Made by a program: the position numbers and the translations under genes | Part shown: piece by piece, positions 1 to 7,928 of the stretch | How positions within the stretch are numbered: position 1 is the first letter of the stretch | Layout: each line of letters opens with the position of its first letter | Assembly (NCBI GenBank): GCA_041661045.1 | Contig: JBAZVE010000001.1 | Coordinates: 270,001 to 302,000 of the forward strand | Length of the DNA: 32,000 nucleotides | Direction of reading: 5' to 3' | Source: Candidatus Saccharimonadota bacterium | Lineage (GTDB): Bacteria > Patescibacteriota > Gracilibacteria > UBA1369 > 2-02-FULL-48-14 | Notes under the pieces: model-generated | Database searches by the model: none | Seen by the model: the letters and a program-made list of their open reading frames with translations, nothing else | Told to the model about the DNA's origin: nothing

Positions 1-327
1 TTTCTTGGGTAAAAGCTCTTTCAAATGAGTTTGAAGCAAGCGCGTGGCACTATGAACTTCTTCAAACTGCTCACGAGCACGACCTTCCAAGACTTTAGCC
101 ACCATTTCTGGAGGTAAACAGTTGAAGTAACTGGTGGACCCACGCTTTTTGCGAGTTACGATCCCAAAATGAACCAAGGCGTCCAAAGCAGCGTACACGG
201 TAGTCCTTTTGACTTGCAGTTGTTTGGCCACTACGCTGGCGATGCCCTCCCCTCGTTCAAACAAGTGAAGAAACACTTTTTGCTCCATGGAGTTGAGACC
301 GCAGGTTTGAAGTAGATTGTGGAGCAT
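1..327 (-). CDS. TrmB-family HTH transcriptional regulator (first 109 codons; C-terminus lies beyond the window start)
   Basis: Absent from the ORF track because it runs off the edge. Reverse-complement from the ATG at 327-325 reads open to pos 1: MLHNLLQTCGLNSMEQKVFLHLFERGEGIASVVAKQLQVKRTTVYAALDALVHFGIVTRKKRGSTSYFNCLPPEMVAKVLEGRAREQ... The GL..E.kv...L......s.va..l.v.r..vY..L..L...G.v......y pattern is typical of the TrmB N-terminal winged helix. Confidence 0.7.
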   Translation of the reverse strand, partial: MLHNLLQTCGLNSMEQKVFLHLFERGEGIASVVAKQLQVKRTTVYAALDALVHFGIVTRKKRGSTSYFNCLPPEMVAKVLEGRAREQFEEVHSATRLLQTHLKELLPKK

Positions 328-350
328 GGTTGATGTGGCTATCCGCCTTG

Positions 351-371
351 TTGTCAAAATTATTTTGACAA
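351..371. promoter_or_regulatory. Perfect 10-1-10 palindrome TTGTCAAAAT-T-ATTTTGACAA, candidate operator in a divergent intergenic region
   Basis: Left arm 351-360 is the exact reverse complement of right arm 362-371. It sits between the divergent regulator (start 327) and the Cys-rich gene (start 432/471). Each strand reads TTGACA (plus 365-370, minus 357-352). Confidence 0.45.
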
Positions 372-375
372 TATT

Positions 376-399
376 AGCTTAACATTAACGGGTTAAGCT
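376..399. promoter_or_regulatory. Second inverted repeat AGCTTAAC-(8 nt)-GTTAAGCT
   Basis: 8-bp arms at 376-383 and 392-399 are exact reverse complements. It lies immediately next to the first palindrome in the same intergenic region. Confidence 0.3.
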
Positions 400-431
400 T
401 GCAAGTCATGTTGCTGGACTATTGTTAATTT

Positions 432-2081
432 ATGACAAAAGGCTTAGTATTCGTTCTTGTAACAACCCTTATGGAAACTCTCCAAAAAACCTGTACGCAC
501 TGCCAAAAGAACTTCGATCTGGATGAAAAGGATCAGGCCTTCTACAGAGAAATGGGTGTGCCCCACCCCACGCAGTGTCCGAACTGCCGTGAACAACGCC
601 GCTTGGCCTGGCGCAATGAACGCACTCTATATTTGAGGAAATGTGACCTCACGGGTGAGCCCACTTTGTCGGTTTTTTCTGAAGATAAGCCTTACAAGGT
701 CTACAAAAACGAGCACTGGTATTCGGACAAATGGAACGCCATGAACTACGGGCAGGATTTTGACTTCACTCGGCCTTTCTTTGAACAATTTAATGAACTG
801 CTACGGAAAGTTCCGCAACTGGCGCTTTCATCCACCGGAAACCAGAACTCCGACTACATCAACCAAGCGGGCTGGTGCAAAGATTGCTATTTGATTTTTG
901 AGGCTGATTACAATGATAAATGCATGTATTCCACGCATATTGGAGACTCGCGGGACTGCATGGATACCTTGCAAGTGATGAAGTCCGAACTTTGTTATGA
1001 ATGCATCGATTGCCAGAATTGTTATGGTTTGCGTTTTGGGCAAGACTGTATGAACTGCTCCGATTCTTGGTTCCTTAAAAATTGTATTGGCTGCAGCGAT
1101 TGTTTTGGCTGCGTGAATTTGAGAAATAAAAAATATTGCATCTACAATCAACAATATTCACGCGAGGAATACTTGCAGAAATTGGCCGGATTTGACCTGC
1201 AAAACTTGGCTAGCTTACAAAAAATAGGGGAGGACTTCTCAAAATATGCCGTCCAGTTCCCTTGCAAAAATTACCATGGCACCCAGAATGAAGGGTCGGA
1301 GGGTGACTACCTCTATAATACTCAAAATTGCCGCGATTGTTTCGATGTCTACAATGCGCAAGATTGTCGTTTTGTGACGGAGTCGCGCAATGTGAAAAAG
1401 GTCTATGATATGACCGTTTTCGGTTCGCAAAAGGGTGTTGAGTTTTGTTATGAATGTCATGAAATTGGCGAGAGTGTTCGTAACATTTATTTTTCTGACC
1501 AGGTTTGGGAAGGCTGTTACGACATTTATTACAGCAAACTCTGCATGCAAAATTCTCATAATTTGTTTGGCTGCGTGGGGCTGCGTAAGGCCACCTACTG
1601 CATTTTGAATAAACAGTATTCGAAAGAAGAGTATGAAGCGCTGATGCCACGCATCGTTGAACACATGAAAAAGACTGGCGAGTGGGGCGAGTTTTTTCCG
1701 GCGAGTATGAGTCCATTTGCTTACAATGAAACCTTGGCGCAACAGTACTACCCCCTCAGTAAAGAAGAGGCCGAGAACTCTGGCTATGACTGGAAAGAAG
1801 AGGTCAAAAACCCTGTGGTGGAGGGGATCCCAATCTGTAAAGACTGTGGAAAAAACTTCAAAATCGTGACCCAAGAACAAGAGTTTTACAAAAAAATGAA
1901 GTTGCCTGAGCCCACGACTTGTTCCGAGTGCCGCCATAAAAACCGCTTCTCAAAGCGGAACCCACGAAAACTGTGGGAACGGAACTGTGAAGAGTGTCAG
2001 CTTACCGTTCAAAGTTCCTACGCCCCCGAACGCCCGGAAAAGGTGTATTGCGAAGCGTGTTATTTAAAACTCGTCTATTAA
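432..2081 (+). CDS. Cysteine-rich (38 Cys) putative metal-binding protein with duplicated terminal zinc-ribbon modules; function unknown
   Basis: Long ORF with no signal peptide. A 51-aa module C-x2-C-x-KNF-x8-FY-x2-M-x2-P-x-PT-x-C-x2-CR...RN-x-R-x-L-x2-R-x-C occurs at 492-644 and again, gap-free, at 1836-1988. The central part is packed with CxxCxxCxxC clusters. The start could be ATG 432 or ATG 471 (METLQKTC...). Confidence 0.8.
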   Translation: MTKGLVFVLVTTLMETLQKTCTHCQKNFDLDEKDQAFYREMGVPHPTQCPNCREQRRLAWRNERTLYLRKCDLTGEPTLSVFSEDKPYKVYKNEHWYSDKWNAMNYGQDFDFTRPFFEQFNELLRKVPQLALSSTGNQNSDYINQAGWCKDCYLIFEADYNDKCMYSTHIGDSRDCMDTLQVMKSELCYECIDCQNCYGLRFGQDCMNCSDSWFLKNCIGCSDCFGCVNLRNKKYCIYNQQYSREEYLQKLAGFDLQNLASLQKIGEDFSKYAVQFPCKNYHGTQNEGSEGDYLYNTQNCRDCFDVYNAQDCRFVTESRNVKKVYDMTVFGSQKGVEFCYECHEIGESVRNIYFSDQVWEGCYDIYYSKLCMQNSHNLFGCVGLRKATYCILNKQYSKEEYEALMPRIVEHMKKTGEWGEFFPASMSPFAYNETLAQQYYPLSKEEAENSGYDWKEEVKNPVVEGIPICKDCGKNFKIVTQEQEFYKKMKLPEPTTCSECRHKNRFSKRNPRKLWERNCEECQLTVQSSYAPERPEKVYCEACYLKLVY

Positions 2082-2094
2082 CCTGTCCTCCAGG

Positions 2095-2123
2095 TTGCTC
2101 TTTCTGGCATTTTTTGCTATAAT
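2095..2123 (+). promoter_or_regulatory. Sigma70-like promoter: -35 TTGCTC (2095-2100), 17-nt spacer, extended -10 TGcTATAAT (2115-2123)
   Basis: A consensus TATAAT with upstream TG and 17-nt spacing lies 20 nt upstream of the ATG at 2144, in the 62-nt gap after the Cys-rich gene. Confidence 0.5.
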
Positions 2124-2143
2124 GGGGTATTGGTAAAACAAAT

Positions 2144-4387
2144 ATGGACTTTCTTCAGGTCGTTCTCGAGCAAGGTACACCAGACAATCCAAAAAAAGAG
2201 CATGTGTTTCTCCAGTTTTTGGAGAACTTGCACAACAGTATCCATCATAATCATTTGTCGCTGGAGCTTTTTGGGTACAACCAGTACACCTACTTTTTCA
2301 TCAGTTGTGATCCGGCCATCACCAAGCTCATTGAGGGCTTGATTTATTCGACCTTCCCCAACTGTGAGATTAAGCCGGTGAAGGACTATACGACCTTTTA
2401 TGATCCCAAAAAGCAGTTTTTGGTGGGGACGCGAGCGGGTTTTGAGCTCAGCGATATTTACCCCATCAAGACCTACGATGAATTTGAAGGAGATTCGCTC
2501 AGCGGACTCTTTTCCGTGGTTTCAAAAATCGGACGAGAAGATCAAGCCTGGGTTCAAATTTTGATGAATCCGCGACATGAGGACTGGAAATACCATTTTG
2601 GACGACGATGGAAAATGCGTCTGAATAATATTGCACGAAAATTCCGTCTTAAAAACTATGTGCGCCTCAAGGATAAGCAGGCTTTTTATCATGAGGAAAA
2701 TGAGGCCTTCATCCACAAAAGTGAACACCATCCCTTTGAAGTGGAAGTGCGATTTGGGTCAGTGGCGGGAAGCGCGGATGAAGCAAAGAATAATCTGCTC
2801 GCATTGGTGAAGTCGTTCTTCCAATTCAATAAAACCGACTACAACGGATTTAAACTGGAAAAACTTAAAACCGGGGATGCCTTTTTGCGAGATTATCGAC
2901 ATCGACACATCAAGGCTCCCATGATGGTGAGCGCCCATGAGCTGGCTACGCTGTACCACTTCCCCAACTCCGACCATGTGCCGCATGTGGTGCATATTTT
3001 GGCTAAGAAACACGAGCCCCCAAAAAATCTACCAACGGACCGCGCTCAAGATATTTCTTTCTTCGGGACCACCAATTATCACAATACTTATCAAGAATTT
3101 GGGATCAAACGGGAAGACCGCCGTCGACATTTGTACGCGGTTGGGAAGAGTGGTACCGGTAAATCAAAGATGCTGGAGCTTTTGATTAAAAGTGACATTT
3201 TGGCCGGGAAAGGAGTGGGCGTGCTCGATCCACACGGAGACCTTGTGGACAATATTTTGCGCTTTGTGCCGGAACACCGCATGAAGGATGTGATCTACTT
3301 CGATCCCGGTGACACGGAGTTCCCCATCGCCTTCAATCCGCTCGAAAAAGTGGATGAAAAATTTAAGATGCAAATCACGATTGGATTTATTGATATTTTT
3401 AAGAAACTCTTCGGTTCCAACTGGTCCAACCGTTTGGAGCATGTGCTGCGCTACACCACACTGGCTCTGCTGGACTCGCCGAACACCACGGTGCTTTCGA
3501 TCATGAAGATGCTTTCCGATAAAAACTACCGTCAGAAAATTATTGCGCGCATTGAAGACTCGGTGGTGAAGAATTTTTGGGTGAATGAATTTGCCGGATG
3601 GAGTGAAAAATTCGATGCGGAGGCCATCACGCCGTTGCTCAATAAAGTGGGTCAGCTGGTGTCCACCAATATGATTCGAAACATCATCGGACAGCCCAAA
3701 AACACCTTCCAAATTCGGGATGTGATGGACAATGAAAAAATCCTGCTCATGAAGGTTTCCAAGGGGCTTTTGGGACAAGAAAACTCCGCTCTGCTTGGGT
3801 CCATGATCATCACTAAGATTTATCAAGCGGCCATGGCCCGCGCCGATATGCGGGAGGAAGATCGAAAAGATTTCTACTTCTATGTGGATGAGTTCCAAAA
3901 CTTTGCCACCGATACTTTTGCGGAAATTCTATCAGAAGCCCGTAAGTACCGCCTCTGTTTGACCATCGCCCATCAGTATGTGGGTCAGCTGGATGAGGTG
4001 GTACGAAAAACGGTGTTTGGTAATGTGGGGTCCATGATCAGTTTCCGTGTGGGTGCTGAAGATGCTTCCATTTTGGCGGAAGAATACACGCCTATTTTCG
4101 GAGTGCGAGACATCATCAACTTGGGGGTTCGTGAATTCTATTTGAAGATGTCGATTGACGGAGAGCTTACGGAAGCTTTTTCCGGAAAAACGCTTGGAAT
4201 CGACTACAGCAAAATAGATTACAGCCGAGATATCATCAATCTTTCCCGTGCCGCCTACTGCCAGCCGAGAGAGGCTGTAGAAACCATGCTACAAAAATGG
4301 GACGAAGGCACCACTGATGAACCGCTCGCCGTGAGCGCCAGCACCGTCATTCAAGAAACAGAGGATTTTGAAATGCCTTTGATCTAG
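2144..4387 (+). CDS. TraD/VirD4/TraG-like (type IV coupling protein-like, DUF87/HerA-related) P-loop ATPase with a ~320-aa uncharacterised soluble N-terminal domain
   Basis: Walker A GKSGTGKS at 3143-3166, followed by the VLDPHGDL motif. Walker B FYFYVDEF has its DE at 3887-3892. ARKYRLCLTIAHQYVGQL (about 3945-3990) is typical of the TraD/TraG C-terminal region. I see no hydrophobic TM helices in the first 320 aa. Confidence 0.8.
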   Translation: MDFLQVVLEQGTPDNPKKEHVFLQFLENLHNSIHHNHLSLELFGYNQYTYFFISCDPAITKLIEGLIYSTFPNCEIKPVKDYTTFYDPKKQFLVGTRAGFELSDIYPIKTYDEFEGDSLSGLFSVVSKIGREDQAWVQILMNPRHEDWKYHFGRRWKMRLNNIARKFRLKNYVRLKDKQAFYHEENEAFIHKSEHHPFEVEVRFGSVAGSADEAKNNLLALVKSFFQFNKTDYNGFKLEKLKTGDAFLRDYRHRHIKAPMMVSAHELATLYHFPNSDHVPHVVHILAKKHEPPKNLPTDRAQDISFFGTTNYHNTYQEFGIKREDRRRHLYAVGKSGTGKSKMLELLIKSDILAGKGVGVLDPHGDLVDNILRFVPEHRMKDVIYFDPGDTEFPIAFNPLEKVDEKFKMQITIGFIDIFKKLFGSNWSNRLEHVLRYTTLALLDSPNTTVLSIMKMLSDKNYRQKIIARIEDSVVKNFWVNEFAGWSEKFDAEAITPLLNKVGQLVSTNMIRNIIGQPKNTFQIRDVMDNEKILLMKVSKGLLGQENSALLGSMIITKIYQAAMARADMREEDRKDFYFYVDEFQNFATDTFAEILSEARKYRLCLTIAHQYVGQLDEVVRKTVFGNVGSMISFRVGAEDASILAEEYTPIFGVRDIINLGVREFYLKMSIDGELTEAFSGKTLGIDYSKIDYSRDIINLSRAAYCQPREAVETMLQKWDEGTTDEPLAVSASTVIQETEDFEMPLI

Positions 4388-4398
4388 TTTGAACTTCC

Positions 4399-5577
4399 TC
4401 AGGTCAGAATTTTGTCCAGTTCTCCAGCCGCGAGGGCTTCTTTGATTTCCATCGCGATGCGTTCTCCGTAGCTCATGGGGCGACCCCACAAGTAGCTTGT
4501 GTAGGGAGTGAAACGCGTGCCTGGGGAACCGGGAATGCGCATAGAAACATCAAAAATCACAAATTCTTCCCGCCCATTTTCCGCTGCGACTGCTCCTTGC
4601 AGTGCGAAGGGTCCGATGATGCCGGGTTTGGCATGTTCCTGTGTGGCTTTAACGAATTTTTCACCAATATCGAAAGCTTTTTCGAGCAGAGATTCCTTCA
4701 TCGTCACGGAAACATGTCCGGTTTCCACCATGCTGGGTTGGTAGTGCGAGCTGAGCAGTTGATTTTGGACATCGGCATTGAGGCGCAGGAATCCATCCAG
4801 ACTGGTCTGGCGACGCATATCCGTTCCCATGAGTTCAAGTTCGCCTGTGCGTGGGGAATAGAAGAAATTAAGGTTCACTTGCGCCCCAATAATGAACTCT
4901 TCGATCACCGCTTTATCGAGTCCTTCTTGAGTGATTTTGCCACTCACGATCATCTCCTTAGATTTATTGTGAAAGTCACCAGCACTCACGGCCACGAAGA
5001 AAGCTCTTTCATAACTACGAATGGCTTCGTTCACTTTCACGATGACTGGACCTCCTTTATTTATGACGAAATGGTCATCTAAAACTTTATCCAGTGCTTC
5101 CCCGGTTACGGTTGAATCCCCCGTACGAATGATCTTCGGAATTCTTATCCCCGCTTTCTCGAGCAAGAAATATTGATTGTTGGGTTGGTCTCTTTCCTCG
5201 AGTCGTACGAGGTGGCGAGTCCCATAAATCGGTACGATGAAGTCGTTTTCTATAGCGTTCCAGTCGCAGTAGACCCAAAAGTATCGATTGTGGATGAAAA
5301 TGGTATTGAGGGAGCGCAGTTCTTCTTGCACCTCGGGCTTCACGATGTCGGCGAATTTGTCGAGTGTGATGAGGTGATCCACGCAGCCTTTGCCCCCCTC
5401 GCGCGTGCGATAATATTTTTCGTAGGTCTTCTCACGGCCTTTTTGGGCGACTACGAGGGTTTGGAACCCTAGTTTTTTCGCTCCTTCACAAACTTCTAGC
5501 GCGCTATGGCCACCGAGCACACCGATGGTGATTTGATTGAGATTGTAGCCTTTGAGGATTTTAGCGAGGTTCTTCAT
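4399..5577 (-). CDS. purP: PurP-like ATP-grasp enzyme (FAICAR synthetase family, archaeal type), paralog 1
   Basis: The N-terminus ITIGVLGGHSALEVCEGAKKLGFQTLVV and the C-terminus GPFALQGAV...FDVSMRIPGSPGT...PMSYGERIAMEIKEA match the PurP (DUF1246/DUF1297) pattern. It is clearly paralogous to 6100-7128. Confidence 0.75.
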   Translation of the reverse strand: MKNLAKILKGYNLNQITIGVLGGHSALEVCEGAKKLGFQTLVVAQKGREKTYEKYYRTREGGKGCVDHLITLDKFADIVKPEVQEELRSLNTIFIHNRYFWVYCDWNAIENDFIVPIYGTRHLVRLEERDQPNNQYFLLEKAGIRIPKIIRTGDSTVTGEALDKVLDDHFVINKGGPVIVKVNEAIRSYERAFFVAVSAGDFHNKSKEMIVSGKITQEGLDKAVIEEFIIGAQVNLNFFYSPRTGELELMGTDMRRQTSLDGFLRLNADVQNQLLSSHYQPSMVETGHVSVTMKESLLEKAFDIGEKFVKATQEHAKPGIIGPFALQGAVAAENGREEFVIFDVSMRIPGSPGTRFTPYTSYLWGRPMSYGERIAMEIKEALAAGELDKILT

Positions 5578-5599
5578 ACACCTATCATACAGAGATCAT

Positions 5600-6079
5600 C
5601 TAGAATTCCAAGCTTTCCAGGATTAACTCCAACTGTGTTGAAGTTCCTATCCATGACTTATAGATCAGGTAGATATTGTCTTTGTCTTCGATTAAATAGT
5701 TTTCGGCCGTATAGTGTCCAAACTCAGAATAATATGTGATTTTAGTGTAGTTTTTTCCTCCTCTTTCAAATTCCCCTTGCTCAAATTGTTCCTGATCGGA
5801 AAATTTTGTAACTGCTTCTTCCATCGTTGTATCGCTGTAGGCATGAATCCTAAAGTAGCCAGGGTTATCGCCAGCTCCATCTTTTGTAATATCATAAGTG
5901 TCTAAGATTAAGGATTGCCCCTGATCGATCACCACCAACCCTTCAGGCACAGCAAAAGAAAGGTCGTATTCCTCCCAAGTGTATTTTTGTATTTCTGGAA
6001 CGGATTCTGGTTCAGGCTGGGCTGCACAAGCATTGAGTATAAGAGTTGAGCTGAGGAGTAAAATGAAAATATTTTTCAT
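5600..6079 (-). CDS. Small lipoprotein or secreted protein, function unknown
   Basis: N-terminus MKNIFILLLSSTLILNAC: a signal peptide ending in a lipobox-like L-N-A-C. It sits between the two purP-like genes with 20-22 nt gaps. Confidence 0.7.
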   Translation of the reverse strand: MKNIFILLLSSTLILNACAAQPEPESVPEIQKYTWEEYDLSFAVPEGLVVIDQGQSLILDTYDITKDGAGDNPGYFRIHAYSDTTMEEAVTKFSDQEQFEQGEFERGGKNYTKITYYSEFGHYTAENYLIEDKDNIYLIYKSWIGTSTQLELILESLEF

Positions 6080-6099
6080 AGGTCTATTTCTTACAGTAA

Positions 6100-7128
6100 T
6101 TATCCCAAAATCTCGTCCACGCGTCCACTTTCGATGGCTTGTTTGATTTCACGAGCCAGGCGGCGGCCGGTGGACATGGGTTCTTTGTAGCGGAGTGCGG
6201 TGTAGGGGGAACCTTCAATATAAGGATTGGTTCCGGCCACGATTCGGGCGGAAATTTCGAAAACACGGAAGTTCAAATTGGGGTCGATGATGCCTTCCAA
6301 ACAGAAGGGGCCGTAAAGTCCTTTGGGCACATTTTCGAGGCCACGAGAAGCCTTTACCACGCTTTCCCCCAATTCAAAAAACATGGGAAGCATGGATTCA
6401 CGAACCACAATGGGAATATTCCCCGTGATGGTGTAACTGGTGCGAATATTGGCGATGAGCTGATCTTTGGCTGCGATGCGTCCGATGGAGTCGGCGTTGG
6501 ACTCGTAGCGTTTATCGAAACTCATGATTTCTAGTTCGTTGTTCAGTGCGGAATAAAAATAATGCACATACATGGGAACTCCCACCACATATTCTTGAAT
6601 GGCGTAGTCGTGCTCGCCGGGAAATTCTTTGATGCGTTCGTAAAACTCAGCAGCAGAGTTGGCGATGAAATATCCAAATCCTCCTTTGGCTCCGTGAAAC
6701 TTGATAATGACGGGGCGGTCTATCTCCTCTGGAGTTTTGAAGACCTTGGGGACATTCACCCCTGCCTTTTTAAGCCAGTCCCGTTCCATGCTGCGGTCGG
6801 ATTCCCACTGAAGAATTCCTTTAGAGCCGTAGTACAAGGCTTTCATGTTTTGAATAATTTTTTCGGGACCCACATAACTCACAAAAGAGCCGTGTGGAAT
6901 CACAATGGCGTTTTTTTGTATGAGTTGATCTTCGATAGTGAAGTACTGATCAAAACTTGGGATCTCAATGAGCTCATCCGCCACCGGAAAACTTTCAAAA
7001 ACTCGCCGAGTTTGCGGCGTGACAATGGCGATGGTCTTGAACCCTTCATCTTTCGCACCCTTGAGTATCTGAAGAGCGGTGTGGCTCCCCAGGGTGGCGA
7101 TTGCGTAATCTGAAATAGAGGCTGTCAT
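6100..7128 (-). CDS. purP: PurP, 5-formaminoimidazole-4-carboxamide ribonucleotide (FAICAR) synthetase-like ATP-grasp enzyme, paralog 2
   Basis: YAIATLGSHTALQILKGAKDEGFKTIAIV... and GPFCLEGIID...FEISARIVAGTNPY...PMSTGRRLAREIKQAIE are canonical PurP-type N-terminal and ATP-grasp segments. Confidence 0.8.
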   Translation of the reverse strand: MTASISDYAIATLGSHTALQILKGAKDEGFKTIAIVTPQTRRVFESFPVADELIEIPSFDQYFTIEDQLIQKNAIVIPHGSFVSYVGPEKIIQNMKALYYGSKGILQWESDRSMERDWLKKAGVNVPKVFKTPEEIDRPVIIKFHGAKGGFGYFIANSAAEFYERIKEFPGEHDYAIQEYVVGVPMYVHYFYSALNNELEIMSFDKRYESNADSIGRIAAKDQLIANIRTSYTITGNIPIVVRESMLPMFFELGESVVKASRGLENVPKGLYGPFCLEGIIDPNLNFRVFEISARIVAGTNPYIEGSPYTALRYKEPMSTGRRLAREIKQAIESGRVDEILG

Positions 7129-7137
7129 ATTTTAGCC

Positions 7138-7166
7138 ATCCTAGCAAAGGAGATGAAATTTGTCGA
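7138..7166 (-). promoter_or_regulatory. Candidate promoter for purP paralog 2: -35 TCGACA, 17 nt, extended -10 TGcTAGGAT, 9 nt to the ATG
   Basis: Minus-strand reading of 7180-7129 is gcccacaaaaaagtTCGACAaatttcatctcctTTGCTAGGATggctaaaatATG. There is no SD sequence. Confidence 0.3.
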
Positions 7167-7180
7167 ACTTTTTTGTGGGC

Positions 7181-7918
7181 TTAGCCTAAAATCCAGATGG
7201 AGCTGAGGATGAGGATGCCGAGGACTATGCGGTAGGCGCCGAAGATGCGGAAGGAGTGTTTTTTGAGGAAAGCCATGAGGAAGGAGGCGGCGAAAAAACT
7301 TGAGGCGAAGGCGGCGATGAAACCTGCGGCAAGGATGGGGAGAGGGAGGGAAATGCTTTCGGTGTCCAGAGTTTTGAGAAGACCCGCACCCGCGATGGCG
7401 ATGGAGCCGAGTAAAAAGGAGAATCGAGCGGCTTCTTCGCGGCTGAGACCCAATTGCATTCCCGTGAAAATGGTCGCGCCGCTGCGGGACACGCCGGGGA
7501 TAATGGCCACCGCCTGACCCAGACCCATGAGCAAGGCCCGCCACCAGGTGAGTTTTTGACTCTTTTTGGGCTCCGGAATGAAAAATAAGGCCCCCACCAG
7601 TATCATCATGATGGCCACGGAAGTGGCGCTGCGGAATACTTGATCGATGACATCTTCCAGGAAAAAGCCCACGAGAGCGGCGGGAACGGAGGCTAAAATG
7701 AGCCAAGGCCACCACTTTGTGTTGAGCAGATCACGGCGGAAATAAATCAAAATGGCGAGTAAGGTGGCGCCGTGCAGCGCAATATCAAAATCCTTAAGAC
7801 TGTCCACATGAAGCCCCAATAGAGTTTCGGTAATGATCAAATGCCCGGACGAAGAAATGGGCAGAAATTCGGTGATTCCTTGAATGAGGCCGAGGAGGAT
7901 GGCTTGGAAAATATTCAC
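7181..7918 (-). CDS. uppP: Undecaprenyl-diphosphate phosphatase UppP (BacA)
   Basis: ILLGLIQGITEFLPISSSGHLII plus PGVSRSGATI motifs. The ORF track begins at a TTG at 7978, which overlaps the upstream gene by 50 nt. GTG at 7918 gives (M)NIFQAILLGLIQGITEFLPISSSGH, the usual UppP N-terminus, and lies 10 nt after the upstream stop, so I prefer 7918. Confidence 0.85.
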   Translation of the reverse strand: MNIFQAILLGLIQGITEFLPISSSGHLIITETLLGLHVDSLKDFDIALHGATLLAILIYFRRDLLNTKWWPWLILASVPAALVGFFLEDVIDQVFRSATSVAIMMILVGALFFIPEPKKSQKLTWWRALLMGLGQAVAIIPGVSRSGATIFTGMQLGLSREEAARFSFLLGSIAIAGAGLLKTLDTESISLPLPILAAGFIAAFASSFFAASFLMAFLKKHSFRIFGAYRIVLGILILSSIWILG

Positions 7919-7928
7919 GAGTGGTATG

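Noticed and set aside
328-431. Small RNA or tRNA in the largest intergenic region
   Set aside because: I could not fold a cloverleaf or other conserved RNA signature. The region is better explained by palindromic operator-like repeats and promoter elements.
1239-1937. 232-aa ORF antisense to the Cys-rich gene; likewise 3164-3898 antisense to the ATPase and 14485-15189 antisense to mutL
   Set aside because: These are shadow ORFs opposite genes with clear motif or paralog support.
2144-4387. Calling the region a conjugative or integrative mobile element because of the TraD/VirD4-like ATPase
   Set aside because: There is no relaxase, VirB-type component, integrase, repeats or compositional break in the window. 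The flanking genes are housekeeping.
7125-7715. 196-aa ORF overlapping uppP in another frame on the same strand
   Set aside because: It is an Arg/His/Pro/Ser-rich out-of-frame product. The uppP frame carries the canonical motifs.
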